64,000 bases of DNA, taken from assembly GCF_009914755.1 (NCBI RefSeq), contig NC_060928.1; one strand, written 5' to 3'. The position numbers were made by a program, and so were the translations under genes. Within the stretch, counting starts at the first letter, position 1, and each line of letters begins with the position of its first letter. The notes beneath the pieces are model-generated. The model was not told where the DNA came from. It did no database searches and worked only from the letters and a program-made list of their open reading frames with translations. This DNA comes from the human T2T-CHM13v2.0 reference genome, Homo sapiens. Shown piece after piece: positions 1-18,279 of the stretch.

Positions 1-1167
1 GAACATTCCAGTTATTCTCTTCTAGCTATACTTAAATGTACAATAGATTAATTTATAGTCATCCTACTAATCTATCAAACACTAGGTCTTATTTCTTCTA
101 CTTGGAAGTATATTTGTAGGCATTAATCAACCATCCCACCCCCAGTCCCACCTTTCCTGGCCTCTGGTACAGGCCAGAGGCCTCTATTCTTTATCTTTAT
201 GAAATCCCCTTTTTTAACTCCTGCATATGAGTGAGAACATGGGATATTTGTCTTTCTGTGCTTGGCTTATTTCACTTAACATAATGACTTTTATCCAATC
301 CATGTTGCTGTAAATTACAGGATTTCATTCTTTTTTCTTTGCTGAATAATATTCCATTGTGTATATATACCACTTTTTAAAATTCATTCATCCTTTGATG
401 GGCACTTTGGTTCAGTCTGTATTTTGACTATTGTGAATAGTACTGAAATAAACATGAAAGTTCAGATATCTCTTCTATATATTGATTTATTTCTTTTGGA
501 TATATATCCAGTAGTGAAATTGCTGGATCATATGATAGTTCTAGTGATAGCTTTCTGAGGAATCACCATACTGTTTTCCATAGTGACTGTACTAATTTAC
601 ATTCCCATCAACAGTGTAGGAGAGTTCCCCTTTCTCCATATCCCCACCAGTATCTGTTATTCCCTGTCTCTGTAATAAATGCCATGTTAATTAGGGTGAG
701 CGAAATCTCATTGTGGCTTTGATTTGCATTTCTTTCATGATTAGTAATGCTGAACATCTTTTCATATACTTGTTGGCCATTCGTATGTCATCTTTTGAGA
801 AATGTCCATTCAGATCTTTTGCCCATTTTTAAATTGTTCTTTTTACTGTTCAGTTGTTTGATCCCCTTATATGTTCTGGTTTTAATCCCTTGTCAGATGG
901 ATAGTTTGCAAATATTTTCTCTCATTCTATGGGTTGTTTCTTCACTTTGTTGATTGTTTCCTTTGCTGTACAGAAACTTTTTAGCTTGATACAATCCCAT
1001 TTGTCTATTTTTGCCTTTGTTGCCTGTGCTTTTGAGGGCTTACACACCAAATTTTTGCCCATATCAATGTCCCTGAGTACTTCCCCAATGTTTTCTTCTA
1101 GCAGTGTCATATTATCTCTTACACAGAACTCTTTGATTCATTTTGATTTGATTTTTGTATATGGTGA

Positions 1168-1486
<319 letters not shown>

Positions 1487-1525
1487 AGCAGACTAGTTTT
1501 ATTCTTTTGCATACTCTTATCCAGT

Positions 1526-1893
1526 CTCCCTCCCTCTCTCCCTCCTTCTCTCTCTCTCTCTGACTTCTCCTCTCCTCTCCTTTCCTTTCCTTTCTTTCCT
1601 TTCCTTCCTTTCCTTCCCTCCTTCTTTTTAGAGTCTTACTCTGTCACCCAGGCTGGAGTACAGTGGCGCAATCTTGGCTCACCGCAACCTCTGCCTCCCA
1701 AAAACCAAACGATTTCATGCCTCACTCAGCCTCCTGAGTAGCTGAGGCTACAGGTGTGTGCTACCACACTTGGCTAATTTTTGTACTTTTAGTAGAGACA
1801 GAGTTTCATCATGTAAACTCCCAACCTCAGGTGATCCTCCCATCTTGGCCTTCCAAAGTGCTGGGATTACAGGCATGAGCCACTGCACTCAAC
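1526..1893 (-). mobile_element. Diverged Alu with CT-rich expanded tail and small internal deletion
   Basis: Alu body 1630-1893, (CCTT/CT)n tail 1526-1629, flanking TTATCCAGT duplication. Confidence 0.9.
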
Positions 1894-3668
1894 TGATTAT
1901 CCAGTTTTTCCAGCACCATTTATAGAAGAGACTATCCTTTCTCCATTGCATATTTTTGACACCTTTGTCAAATATGTTTCTTGTAAATGTTGGATTTGTA
2001 TCTGGGTTCTTTATTCTGTTCCATTAGCCTTTTCATTTTTTCAAGGTGTCTATTTCTTGACACTTGGCTTTGCAATATTTTTTCTTCAAATTTCAAAGTA
2101 TTTTGTTTCAAACATGTTTTTTAAATATTAAAGGGGATGTACAGAAGGATAAGTTGCAAAGTCAAGAACAAGTGTGTTCCTGAAAATTTAGCCTGGCTTT
2201 GAATTTAAAAAGGGTTTAAAACAAAGTGAATGAACTAGCTTCTGAGTTTATGTTGGTTTATTCAACATTGAACACAATTTTAAAAGTCAAGACAAGTGAA
2301 GATCAAGATTCTGTGTTTTCTTGTTAAGCTTAAGGCATTTTGAGAGGGGTGTATGTTGATCAGCATAATTGCTATTAAGAACTGAGAGAACTTATAGAAA
2401 ACTTATAATGGCCACAGGGAAATTCAAGATGGCCAAATAAGAACAGGAACAGTCTGCAGCTCCCAGCGAGATCGATGCAGAAGGTGGGTGATTTCTGCAT
2501 TTCCAACTGAGGTACCCAGTTCATCTCATTGGGACTGGTTGGACAGTGGCTGCAGCCCATGGAGGGCAAACCTAAGTAGGGTGGGGCATCACCTCACCTG
2601 GGAAGCTCAAGGGGTTAGGGAATTTTGTCCCCAACCCAAGGGAAGCTGTGAGGGTCAGAGCCTGAAGAACTCCAGCACAGATACAGTGCTTGTCCCACAG
2701 TTTTCATAACCCACCAACCAGGAGATTCCCTCTGGTGACTACCCCACCAGGGCCCTGGGTTTCAAGCACAAAACTGGGTGGCCAATTGGGCAGACACCGA
2801 ACTAGAGCTAGGTGCAGGATCTTTTCTTTCCATACCCCAGTGGTGCCTGGAATGCCAGTGAGACAGAACCGTTCACTCCCCTGGAAAGGGGGGCTGAAGC
2901 CAGGGAGCCAAGTGGTCTGACTCGGTGGGTCCCACCCCCACAGAGCCCAGGAAACTAAGATCCACTGGCTTGAAATTCTCACTGCCAGCACAGCAGCAAT
3001 CTGAGATCCACCTGGGACGGTGGAGCTTGGTGTGAGGGAGGGGTGTCTGCCATTGCTGAGGCTTGAGTAGACAGTTTTACAGCAAGGGTAACAAAGCTGC
3101 TAGGAAGTTCGAACTGGGTGGAGCCCACTGCAGCTCAGCAAGGCTGCTGTGGCCCAACTGCCAGATTGCTCCCCTCTGGACAAGGCATCTCTGTAAAAAA
3201 GGCAGCAGCCCCAGTCAGGGGCTTATAGCAGACTTAAACGTCCCTACCTGATAGCTCTGAAGAGAGCAGCAGACCTCCCAGCACAGTGTTTGGGCTCTGC
3301 TAAGGGTCAGTCTGCCTCCTCAAGTGGGTCCCTGATCCCCATGTATACCAATTGGGAGACACCTCCCAGTTGGGGTGACAGTCACCTCATACAAGGAGAG
3401 CTCTGGCTGGCATCTGGCAGGTGACTGCTGGGTTGAAGCTTCCAGAGGAAAGAACAGGCAGCAATCTTTGCTGCTCTGCAGCTTCCACTAGTGATACCCA
3501 GGCAAACAGGGTAGGGAGTGGACCTCCAGCAAACTCCAGCAGGCTGGCAGAAAAGGGGCCTGACTGTTACAAGGAAAAGAAACAAAAAGAAAGGATTAGC
3601 ATGTCCACTCAAAGACCCCATCTGAAGGTCACCAACATCAAAGACCAAAGGTAGATTAATCCACAAAG

Positions 3669-4639
3669 ATGGGGAAAAAGCAGCACAAAAAGGCTGAAAA
3701 TTCCAAAAACCAGAATGCCTCTTCTCCAAAGGATCAAAACTCCTTGCCAGCAAAGGAACAAAACTGGATGGAGAATGAGTTTGACAAATTGACAGAAGTA
3801 GGCTTCAGAAGGTGGGTAATAACAAACAACTCCGAGCTAAAGGAGTATGTTCTAACCCAATGCAAGGAAGCTAAGAACCTTGAAAAAAGTTAGTTGAATT
3901 GCTAACTAGAATAATCAATGTAGAGAAGAATGTAAATGACCTGATGGAGCTGAAAAACACAGCATGAGAACTTTGTGAAGAATACACAAGTATCAATAGC
4001 CGAATCAATCAAGCAGCAGAAAGGATATCAGTGACTGAAGATCAACATAATGAAATAAAGAGAGAAGATAAGATTAGAGAAAAAAGAATAAAAAGGAATA
4101 AACAAATCCTCCAAGAAATATGGGACTATGCTTCCAACCAAGTTGGAAAACACTCTTCAGGATATTATCCAGGAGAACTTCCCCAACCTAGCAAGACAGG
4201 CCAACATCCAAATCCAGGAAATACAGAGAACACCACAAAGATACTCCTCGAGAAGAACAACCCCAAGACACATAATTGTCAGATTCACCAAGGTTGAAAT
4301 GAAGGAAAAAATGTTAAGGGCAGCCAGAGAGAAAGGTCGGGTTACCCACAAAGGGAAGCCCATCAGACTAACAGCAGATTTCTCTGCAGAAACCCTACAA
4401 GCCAGAAGAGAGTGGGGGCCAATATTCAACATTCTTAAAGAAAATAATTTTCAACCCAGAATTTCCTATCCAGCCAAACTAAGCTTCATAAGTGAAGGAG
4501 AAATAAAATCCTTTACAGACAAGCAAATACTGAGGGATTTTGTCACCACCAGACCTGCCTTACAAGAGCTCCTGAAAGAAGCAGTAAACATGGAAACGAA
4601 CAACCAGTACCAGCCACTGCAAAAAATACCAAATTGTAA
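3669..4639 (+). pseudogene. L1 ORF1p remnant (stops, frameshifts, internal deletion near 4130)
   Basis: ORF track: MGKKQHKKAENSKNQ..., ENTLQDIIQENFPNLARQANIQIQEIQRTPQRYSSRR, ARREWG, YPAKLS. Confidence 0.93.
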
Positions 4640-4702
4640 AGACCATCAATGCTGTGAAGAAACTGCATCAATTAACGGGCAAAATAACCAGCTAACATCA
4701 TA

Positions 4703-9175
<4,473 letters not shown>

Positions 9176-9372
9176 ACAATGAGAACACATGAACTCAGGG
9201 AGGGGAACATCACACACTGGGGCCTGTTGGGGGGTGGGGGGCTAGGGGAGGGATAACATTAGGAGAAATACCTAATGTAGGTGACGGGTTGATGGGTGCA
9301 GCAAACCACCAGGGCATGTGTATACCTATGTAATAAAACTGCACATTCTCCACATGTAACCAAGAACTTAAA

Positions 9373-9444
9373 GTGTGTGTGTGTGTGTGTATGTGTGTGT
9401 GTTTATATATATATACACACACACATATACATATATATATATAT
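9373..9444. repeat. Compound (GT)n(AT)n(AC)n microsatellite in place of the L1 poly(A) tail
   Basis: Directly follows agaacttaaag, the L1 3' terminus. Confidence 0.9.
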
Positions 9445-10752
9445 AACTTATAAGGAATTTTTACACTAAAAAAAGAAAATGCTGGGTAAGAATAGGGTAT
9501 GTGGACAGACTAAGAAACAATCAAAAGATGAGTGGGCTGGGTTTGTGGTGGCCAGGTTTGTGGAGCTGATTAAGACATTGCTTTAAAATGATATTTTTTT
9601 AATATAAATTACTGTCTATATGAATATAATCCCTTCCAATTCCCCCAACTTTTGTAATTTTATTACAGAAGTGATTTTAAGTTTTAATTCAATTTCTGTC
9701 AGTTTGGTATTTTTTGATCACAGACTACAGGGTACTCAAATTTGGGAGGAGGAGGTTATGCAAGTATATTCATATTTATTTATTTATTCACTTATTCATT
9801 TTATCTTCCTGCAGTTTAGCGATCAATTTTGCTATTTTATGGTACAAAATGGCTTTCTGCCGCGTTGGTAAAGAAAGCCAATTGTCTTTGAAGCTAGTAG
9901 TGGTCAGATGACAAATCCCTGATCAATGATGCTTAAGTGGAAGTCAGCGGATGGTGCTCTCTCCTGGAGATTTTTTAAAGGATCTGATTTATCTGGTTTG
10001 TTTAAATGGAATCATAATCAGAGAAATAATTTCACCATGAGAAATTAATTAAAGAAGGCCAGAGGACAGCATTTAAAGTGAAAATCTAAAGGACATAATT
10101 GGAAAGAAAAAAAAAACAGTTTGGGGGAAAATGTCAAGTGATGGATTTGTGAGCATTTACTAAGGCAGGGGGCAAGCCATTATACTAAAGAAAGTACATG
10201 GCAACTGAAAATGATCTTTCCACATACAAATTCTTTCAGATGAAAATTTTTATTGTTTTTCAAATCTTATTTTTAAATTTTTGTCTCCTTTATCTCTCAG
10301 TATATGAGTGATTTGTTGAAAATCTCCCTCTGTGACGCTGTGACTGTGGAACTATCCATTTCCTCTTGTAATCTGGCTATTACTTGTTTTACATATTTTT
10401 ATAGATTCAACATTATAGTATTTACTTGATGATTTATTTTATTGGTATAAAGTGTTCTTTTCCTTCTTAATATATTTCATCTGAAATTTCATTCTTTTCT
10501 GATATTAATATTGGTGTACCAGCTTTTTTCTTATTAATGTTCACATGCTTTCTCCTTTTTCTTTTTATTTTCAGCATTTCTGTGTTATTGCATTTGGTGT
10601 TTCTCTTATAAAGGATATAACTGGATTTCGTTTAGGTAATCTGAGATTCCTGGCATTGGAAAAGTGGGTTTAACTCATTCTGATTCTTGATGATTTTTCA
10701 GATGTGTTGACTTTTTTCAGCATTTTAGTTTATGTTTTCTGTGCCATGCCTT

Positions 10753-11937
10753 TGTGTCTGGAATTGGTTCCTTCCAGTGGGTTCTTGGTCTTGCTGACTT
10801 CAAGAATGAAGCCGCAGACCCTCGTGGTGAGTGTTACAGTTCTCAAAGATGGTGTGTCCGGAGTTTGTTCCTTCAGATGTTCACGTGTCCAGAGTTTCTT
10901 CCTTCTGGTGGGTTAATAGTCTCGCTGGCTTCAGGAGTGAAGCTGCAGACCTTCGCAGTGAGTGTTACAGCTCATAAAGGTGGCGCTTCTGGAGTTGTTC
11001 GTTCCTTCCGGTGGGTTCGTGGTCTCTCTGGCTTCAGGAGTGAAGCTGCAGACCTTTGCAGTGTTACATCTCTTAAAGGTGGCACGTCCAGAGTTGTACA
11101 TTCCTCCCGTCCAGAGTTGTTTTGTTCCTCCTTCCTCATTCCTCCCAGTGGGTTTGTGGTCTCGCTGGCTTCAGGAGTGAAGCTGCAGACCTTTGCAGTG
11201 AGTGTTACAGCTCTTAAAGGTGGCACAGACCCAAAGAGTGAGCAGCAGCAAGATTTATTGCAAAGAGCAAAAGAACAAAACTTCGAAAAAGTGGAAGGGG
11301 ACCTGAGTGGGTTGCTCAGGTGGCCTGCTTTTATTCCCTTATTTGGCCCCAATCACATCCTGCTGATTGGTCTATTTTACAGAGAGCTGATTGGTCCATT
11401 TTACAGAGTGCTGATTGGTCCGTTTTTACACAGAGCACTGATTGGTGCGTTTACAAAGCTTTAGCTAGACACAGAACGCTGATCGGTGCATTTGCAATCC
11501 TTTAGCTAGACAGAAAAGTTCTCCAAGTCCCCTACCCAATTAGCTAGACACAGAGCGCTGATTGGTGTATTTACAAACCTTTAGCTAGACACAGACCACT
11601 GATTGGTGCATTTACAATCCTTTAGCTAGACAGAAAAGTTCTCCAAGTCCCCTACCTGATTAGCTAGACACAGAGCACTGATTGGTATGTTTACAAACTT
11701 TTAGCTAGACACAGAGCACTGATTGGTGCATTTACAATCCTTTAGCTAGACAGAAAAGTTCTCCAAGCCCCCTACCGGATTAGCTAGACACAGAGCACTG
11801 ATTGGCACTGACTGGTGTGTCTACAAACCTTTAGCTAGACACAGAGAACTGATTGGTGTATTTACAATCCTTTAGCTAGACAGAAAAGTTCTCCAAGTCC
11901 CCACCCAACCCAGAAGCCCAGCTGGCTTCACCTCTCA
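10753..11937 (-). mobile_element. LTR12-family solo LTR (HERV9)
   Basis: Minus strand begins TGAGAGGTGAAGCCAGCTGGG and ends TTCCAGACACA. U3 tandem repeats carry CCAAT boxes, U5 repeats read ctggcttcaggagtgaagctgcagacc. Flanks cctt/cttt approximate a 4-bp TSD. Confidence 0.93.
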
Positions 11938-12550
11938 CTTTTTCTGTCCCTTTTTCCCTTACCCTATATTCTATTGATCCAATGAAGTCATTTCTATTCC
12001 CCTCTTTTTTCTTTATAAGTTTAGAAGTAATGTACTTAATTCTATTCTTTCAGGGTTAACTCAACATTTTTTCACTTATATATCATATTTATATTTTCTA
12101 ATATTACCTAGAACCAGTTAGTCTGTATTCTTTCAAAGCAGAGAGATGTTACATTCTGGACTAAATCATGCTCCTATCTTCCATGATCACATGTGGAATA
12201 TTTGTTACAAATTGTTTTAAGCACACAATACAGCTTTTCTAATAGTCAATGCTTATTTAAATTTGTGAACATGTTTTGCTGCTTATTTTGAATAATTTTT
12301 TTCTCAATATTTACTCTTATTTGAGATCTTTTTTTTTTCCTGAAGTACATTCTATAGTTATTTTTCAGTTAGTACATGTGATCAAAAACTCAGTATCTGA
12401 AATACTTATATTTTACACTCACTCTCGAATGATGGTTTATTAGGGTGCAGAACTCTATACTGACAATCATTTCCCTTCTAAAGTTTGAAAATATAACTTC
12501 TAGGACATTGTGTTACTAGTGAGAACACTCATAGAGATGTTATCTATTTG

Positions 12551-12967
12551 TGATAGATGCAAGAGGCAGATAAGGGAGGGTTCCCAGAGAATCTCTGACC
12601 TGCCCCACAAGTGTTTACATTAGATGCTTCTGTGCAAATGAGGGAACCTGCCCAGGGCTTTGCCTGGGCATGCCCACAGCAGACCGGGGGCCCACCTGCG
12701 TACCGGGAGAGTGGGGTGGAGCCACCGGGAATTCACGCCTGATGCCCGGGGAGGAGTCTGGCCTCTTCAGCTCCTGTGTGGTGGCCTGATATTCAGTCTG
12801 TGAGCTGGGAGCCTGTTGGCAGGTCCCTCTTTTTATTTTCGCTGAGAGCTTTCTTTTACTAAATGCCACCATCCTTACCTTTCAAGGTGTCTGCGTGCCT
12901 AATTTTTCCTGGTTGTTAGACAAGAACCCGGATTTTAGTTGAACTCTGGAGCAAAAATCCTGCATCA
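12551..12967 (+). mobile_element. MER61-family solo LTR (ERV1)
   Basis: TGATAG...TGCATCA ends with a perfect 4-bp TSD TTTG (12547-12550, 12968-12971). Internal sequence resembles MER61. Confidence 0.8.
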
Positions 12968-15900
12968 TTTGTAGGTAATGTTTGTTTTCTTTGGTTGCTT
13001 TTATGACCTTCTCTTTATTCCTAGTATTTGGGCATTTCACAAAAACATTTATAAATCTGAATTAAAAAACAAACTGACCTTGCCAAGGACCCTACTGATC
13101 CCTTTTCATATAATTCTATCTGCTAGGTCTTGTGCTGCCTTCTAAGTTAGTTCATCAGTTCTATACTTCAGTATTTAATTCTATATTCAGCCATGTTATC
13201 AAATGTTTATTTCAACCTTTGAGTTTCTCATTTGTAATAGTATTTTTTCATTTTTATGTTTTTAAAAGAGTTCTTTTCATATTTTACTATTTTTGTTTAG
13301 TAACTTTCAGTACTTGTTGCGTAGATTTTATTTCATCTTTATGTTTTTGAGATGTTTGCATAACACATTTAAAGACAATTACATATTGTTGTATGATTTC
13401 CATTTCCTTGGTCAAGAATTCTCCCATTTGTTGCATCTCTGAAGAGTTTCCCAAGGTGGGTTAATCTTGAATATGGTAAACTTGCTGCCCTCAGTTTTTT
13501 AGTTTTAATACTTTATCAGTTGTTTCTTGTTCTTTTTTTTTCTGGGCATATTATTACATCATTTGAAAATAATGACAATTTTGGCCTTTCTCTTCGAGAT
13601 TTTGTAACTCATTTTCTTTTCTTTTCACATAGAATTTGATAAGGCCTCCAGTACTTTGTGATATAGTAGTTGTGGGGATGGTCCTTCTTGTCTTACTGCT
13701 GATCTCAAGTTTATGTTTGTAGCAAATTTTTGCTACATGACCATTACAAGTTTAAGAGGTTACCAAGAGTTTTTATTACAAATACCTTAAATCTTAGCAA
13801 AGACTATAAAAACTGAGATAAACATGTTTTTCTTCTAAATAGTAATCATTTAGACAAATCACAAATGTGATATCAGATTAGTGCATCCTACACTGTATGG
13901 AAACTATAAATTCATGATTTTCAAAAATTGTAGGTAAATATTTATTTTTCAAAATAATTTATCCATCTTGCTTTACCAAAAAAGGCAAGGTCTTGTTTTT
14001 CTTTCCCTATACAGTAGTAATGGCTCTTTGGTGTAAAAACTTTATAGGACCTAAAGTAAAAAAGAAGATTAAAAACCAGTTTGTCTTTCAAAGTCTTAAA
14101 ATATTTCATTAACCTCGTAGTGCCTGATCTCTGTCACCAAGCAAATAGTCTGAACTATTATTTCCAAGCTCAATTCAAACAGGTAAAGTTTTACTACAAT
14201 TATATCTGGCCATCACTACAGTGTTTTCTCCAATCACTTCCAAAGCCTACCCCTTTTCTTTATCATACTTCCACCTACATTGCATAATACAGAGCTTAGC
14301 TAGTGAGGTACAAGTGATAAGGATTATCTCCCCAGAGTCTCCGGGCCTTGGTAATTCCTAGACCACAGCACCATGCATTAGGTTATAGTCACAGGCCTCT
14401 ATATAGTCTTCCACATATCCCATTACATTTTAAATCCTATGCATACCCTTTATATCCTGCACTTATCTGTCAAAATTCTAAGGTATAAGATTTTTTTTTT
14501 ACTTATCCCTGCTGTTTAATTTTGAAGAAAGAAAAATATAAAAGAAAATTTTTTAAAAAGAGGCCTTCATGGATATCAAAGAATGCCAACAATAATGCTG
14601 AAGAAAGAAGTTATTCTACAGCAATGAGACACAAAGAAAAGAATTTTGTAAACATTAGCATCTTGGTTACTGGAGAACTATAACTTTTATGTAGTCGTGC
14701 TTGGAAAACACTAAAAGGGAAATCGAGTCTGTTTGACAATATTCTGTCTTCACTGTTGTTCACTTCATAATGTGTTGGAATATAAAGTTCTATACAGTTA
14801 ATATGAAGCTCTCTTTAGCATTTAAAACATGATTTGCATTTTCATGAGGCATTTTGGCTAATTTTATTGATTTCCTTATATTTCATAGTCCTTAGCCTTA
14901 TGAGAATCTTATGTTTCTGTGTGTTTTCTATCATGTAGCACAATTTCTGACACACAAAACATACAATAAACTTGTGTTAATTTTTCTATCAAAGTCAGAA
15001 TTTATTCATAAGGAATCTGAAGTAAGGTGTACTAAGCTTGTTTATGGGTTAAGTGATATAGCCAAATTCAAAACTTTACTTTTTATGTCAGTCTAGAAAT
15101 ATCTCAGATTAAAACATATCACTTCTTAGTTCCAATTAGATAAGGGAAATCTTTTATAATAATGCCAGGATTGCTATAATCTGATAGGAGACAACAATTT
15201 CATTTTGCTACAGGAAAATTTGGAGGACAAAAAAAAAAAAAGAAAACATAAGATAGAGGAGAGAAAATAGTCAGATGAAGAAGCAAAAAACACAAACAAG
15301 GCATTTAGATTTGTTAGGAAGGAATTCAAGTCAGTCAGTAAAGTGATAACTTTTGAATTATCTGAGAAAAATATACTCAGAACAAAATCAGGCACACTAA
15401 AGGTATCCATAATCCACATTATTTACTAGGCTAAAGGTAAGTACAAACAAATCTACATGGACTAATTGTATCACAGAACAAAAAGGGTAGCAAAATCCAG
15501 TAATTCCAATGGAGTAATAAAGTTGCAGACAAAGGAAAATTAACGTGTGCATTGCTTGAGATATGACTAAAATGTCATTAAAATAAATTCTAAGTTATGA
15601 ATATTCATTTGAAAAGTTACAAAGTACACACTGATTTATATTTCAGAAGCAAGGATATATGTTTCTATATAATTTAGTCCTAAATATAGTTCATTTCCTA
15701 TGCTAATGCTTTTTTCCTTCTTCTTACCTTCTTAGGTCAACAACAAGAGGCCAGGACCTCCCAAGAAAAGCTTTACTAATGTAATAGCTTTGGCCAAGTC
15801 CACCCAATATATTTTCCTCTCTGCAAAGAGAAACAAGCTATTGTCTCATCTTAGGTTTCATCTTCTTCCATGCCACTGTTATTCATGTTCAAATCCTGGC

Positions 15901-16984
15901 TGTCCTTCAGGGTCCAATTCAAATGATTATCGCCATTTTCTATTAATGTCATTTCTTCCTATTTTCTACCTTTTGTTAGCTATGTTAAAGTGTTTCTTTA
16001 CCAACATCCCCCATATATTGTGTAACACAGTGTCTATGGCTTACTCATTTTTGAATCCTTATCATGACCTGACATAATGAAGATTCTTTGTACATAGTGA
16101 TACATGTAAATATGAGTTAATTAGTACATGATAGACTTGATTTCCAGAATGATTTTGTATAGTTGAATTGTGTAGTAAGGGGACACATGTGAAATGAAGA
16201 CTTTAGTCAGTATCAAGAAGATATTTTGGGTGACTTCACATATCTGCCAATGATAAATCTAGAAACAATAGGTGCTTGGGTAGGTGATTTCCTTTTGCCT
16301 TCTTTATCATTGTTTTCCCAGTATTTCTTACATTCATCTAATTTCATTAGATGCCCATATACTTTATACTGGCTCTTCCTGTGAGGTTCGAACTGGTCCA
16401 GTCCATTTGTTTTCAGAATTGATTCATCTGGAGAGTCATCTCCTATCCTCCCAAACAATGATATACCAGTCTGAGGACTGTGTAGAAGGGACTTCTCTTT
16501 CTACTCAGTATGACCAAAATAATTCAATTCTAGTTGTGGTGTGTGATTTATGAATATTTTGTCCTTTAGTTTGTGTGAGCCAATTTTGTGCCATAAGAAT
16601 TTTAGCCTCCTTTTCCACAAAAGAGTGATTTAATCAAACAAAAGTTGACAATCAATGTAGTACATTTGTGTGACAGTGATTAAACATGGTGTTTTTCTCT
16701 TAGGTGTCTGAGTAGATTTGGAAATGCCCATTCAGCCCTCAGAGCTCCTCTGCTTTAAGGGTGATGGACTTCCTGTACCACTACGTAGTGCATGAGTGCC
16801 AGCCACTGGTATCTAGAACTGTGATTAGTGAGGAAACACTAGGAGGAACAAACAACCCAACTCTTTTTATCTAATCTGTTGACTCCAAAGGGACCTTCTG
16901 CTTATTCCAGTTAAAACTCAAGCTGCAATTCAAAATGAAATCAGTATCTTTTTTCTCTACTTTTCAGCAAAGCAAGATGCTACC

Positions 16985-17395
16985 TTATAATTACCACGTA
17001 ACAATCAATCGCAAACATAGTGGCTTAAAGCAGCTCCTCTTTTAGCCTACATATCTGCAAACTGGCAGTCTGGACTGAGCTCAGCTGGATGTTTTTTCTG
17101 AGCTGATCATGTATGTAGGGTCTGCTGCTGGCTGGTTTAGACTGATGGTGGATGAGAAACCACATGAAGAAGAGAGGCATGATGGTGGCAGAGTTCTGAA
17201 AGAGTCACACAGAAGGGCGTTGAGTTCGTGGCTTGAAAATAGCATCCTGTCACTTCTACCACATTCTATTTACCAGGCCAGCCCAGATAAAGATGTGAAG
17301 AAACAGACTCCATCTCTTGATGGGAGAAGTTGAAAATCAATGGAAAATGGCATGGATAAGGAAAGGAGTGATGATTGTGGCCATATTTGTAATGG
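16985..17395. mobile_element. MLT1-type MaLR LTR relic
   Basis: tagtggcttaaagc ... gtcacttctaccacattctatt ... actccatctcttgatgggagaag motifs. Confidence 0.65.
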
Positions 17396-18279
17396 CCATA
17401 TTTGATACCCTTTTCAGTTTTCCTAGCCACACTTCTCATTGGCCAGGAAAATTAAATGCATGTCAACACTGAAGAAAACAGATCTTGGTTAAAAGCAATG
17501 ATGTAGCTAATATCCCGTTCAGGTAAAAGATTACTTATATAGTGTGAGACAGGCATGAGGCAGAGAAGTGCTTACAGGTTGGTTTCTGCTTTGTTAGCAG
17601 ATTTACTTTTAGATCATATACTACTTTGTTTTTACTGTTTTATTGAGAAAAAATAACAAATATTTCCAAAATTTTGCAGCATGCAACTCAGTGCTTCAGT
17701 TGGCATTCAATCAAAATTTCCTTGAAATAAAAAAAGACAAGAGAGAGACTTGGAATTATGACTCTTCTACTAGATTAGCTCCTTCATGTCAAAATCTGTC
17801 AAGTTTATGATTTATTCAGATAGCACTTGTTTTTGGTGTAATAACTAAACTGTTGCTTTAGAGTCTACTACATTCTCCTCTATTATTTGGCATTTTTCTC
17901 TTTATTATTTTGTTCAAGTAGGATATTGTGCTGAGTTGAACCATGAAATGAATTGTATTGAGCAACATCAACAACATAAATATTCTGGGGTGTCATCTGC
18001 ATTTTCATATCTGGCTGCTCAAATTCTTTTTACAGCTATAGCTTTGATAATAATGTAATAGCATAATGTTTTTCATTAGATATCAAATCATAGAAGACAA
18101 CAAAGATGTGTTAAGTTAGCATAGTTTAATATAAGGAAACAACAGCATCAGTAAAAGCATTGAGCACTAAATATCTCTTCCATTTCAGTTCTTTTACAGG
18201 AAGCTTTTGTTACGTGTTGTCAGCACATTGCTGTGATGCTCAAGTATAGCTCTTTAATGTGAAAACCTGGTATTTGGGC

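Larger units (their letters stand above)
10290..13450 (-). mobile_element. Ancient L1M fragments hosting LTR12 and MER61
   Basis: T-rich antisense L1-like text, e.g. tctgatattaatattggtgtaccagcttttttc. Boundaries approximate. Confidence 0.5.

Noticed and set aside
10754-11464. 236-aa ORF
   Set aside because: It is an antisense reading of LTR12 U5 tandem repeats with a non-ATG start, so not a gene.
11360-11900. Regularly spaced repeats resembling a CRISPR array
   Set aside because: There are no unique spacers or cas genes. This is the LTR12 enhancer array in primate DNA.
14560-14990. 3'UTR-like stretch ending in AATAAA (14965-14970), possible retrocopy or lncRNA end
   Set aside because: No poly(A), TSD, ORF or recognisable parent gene.
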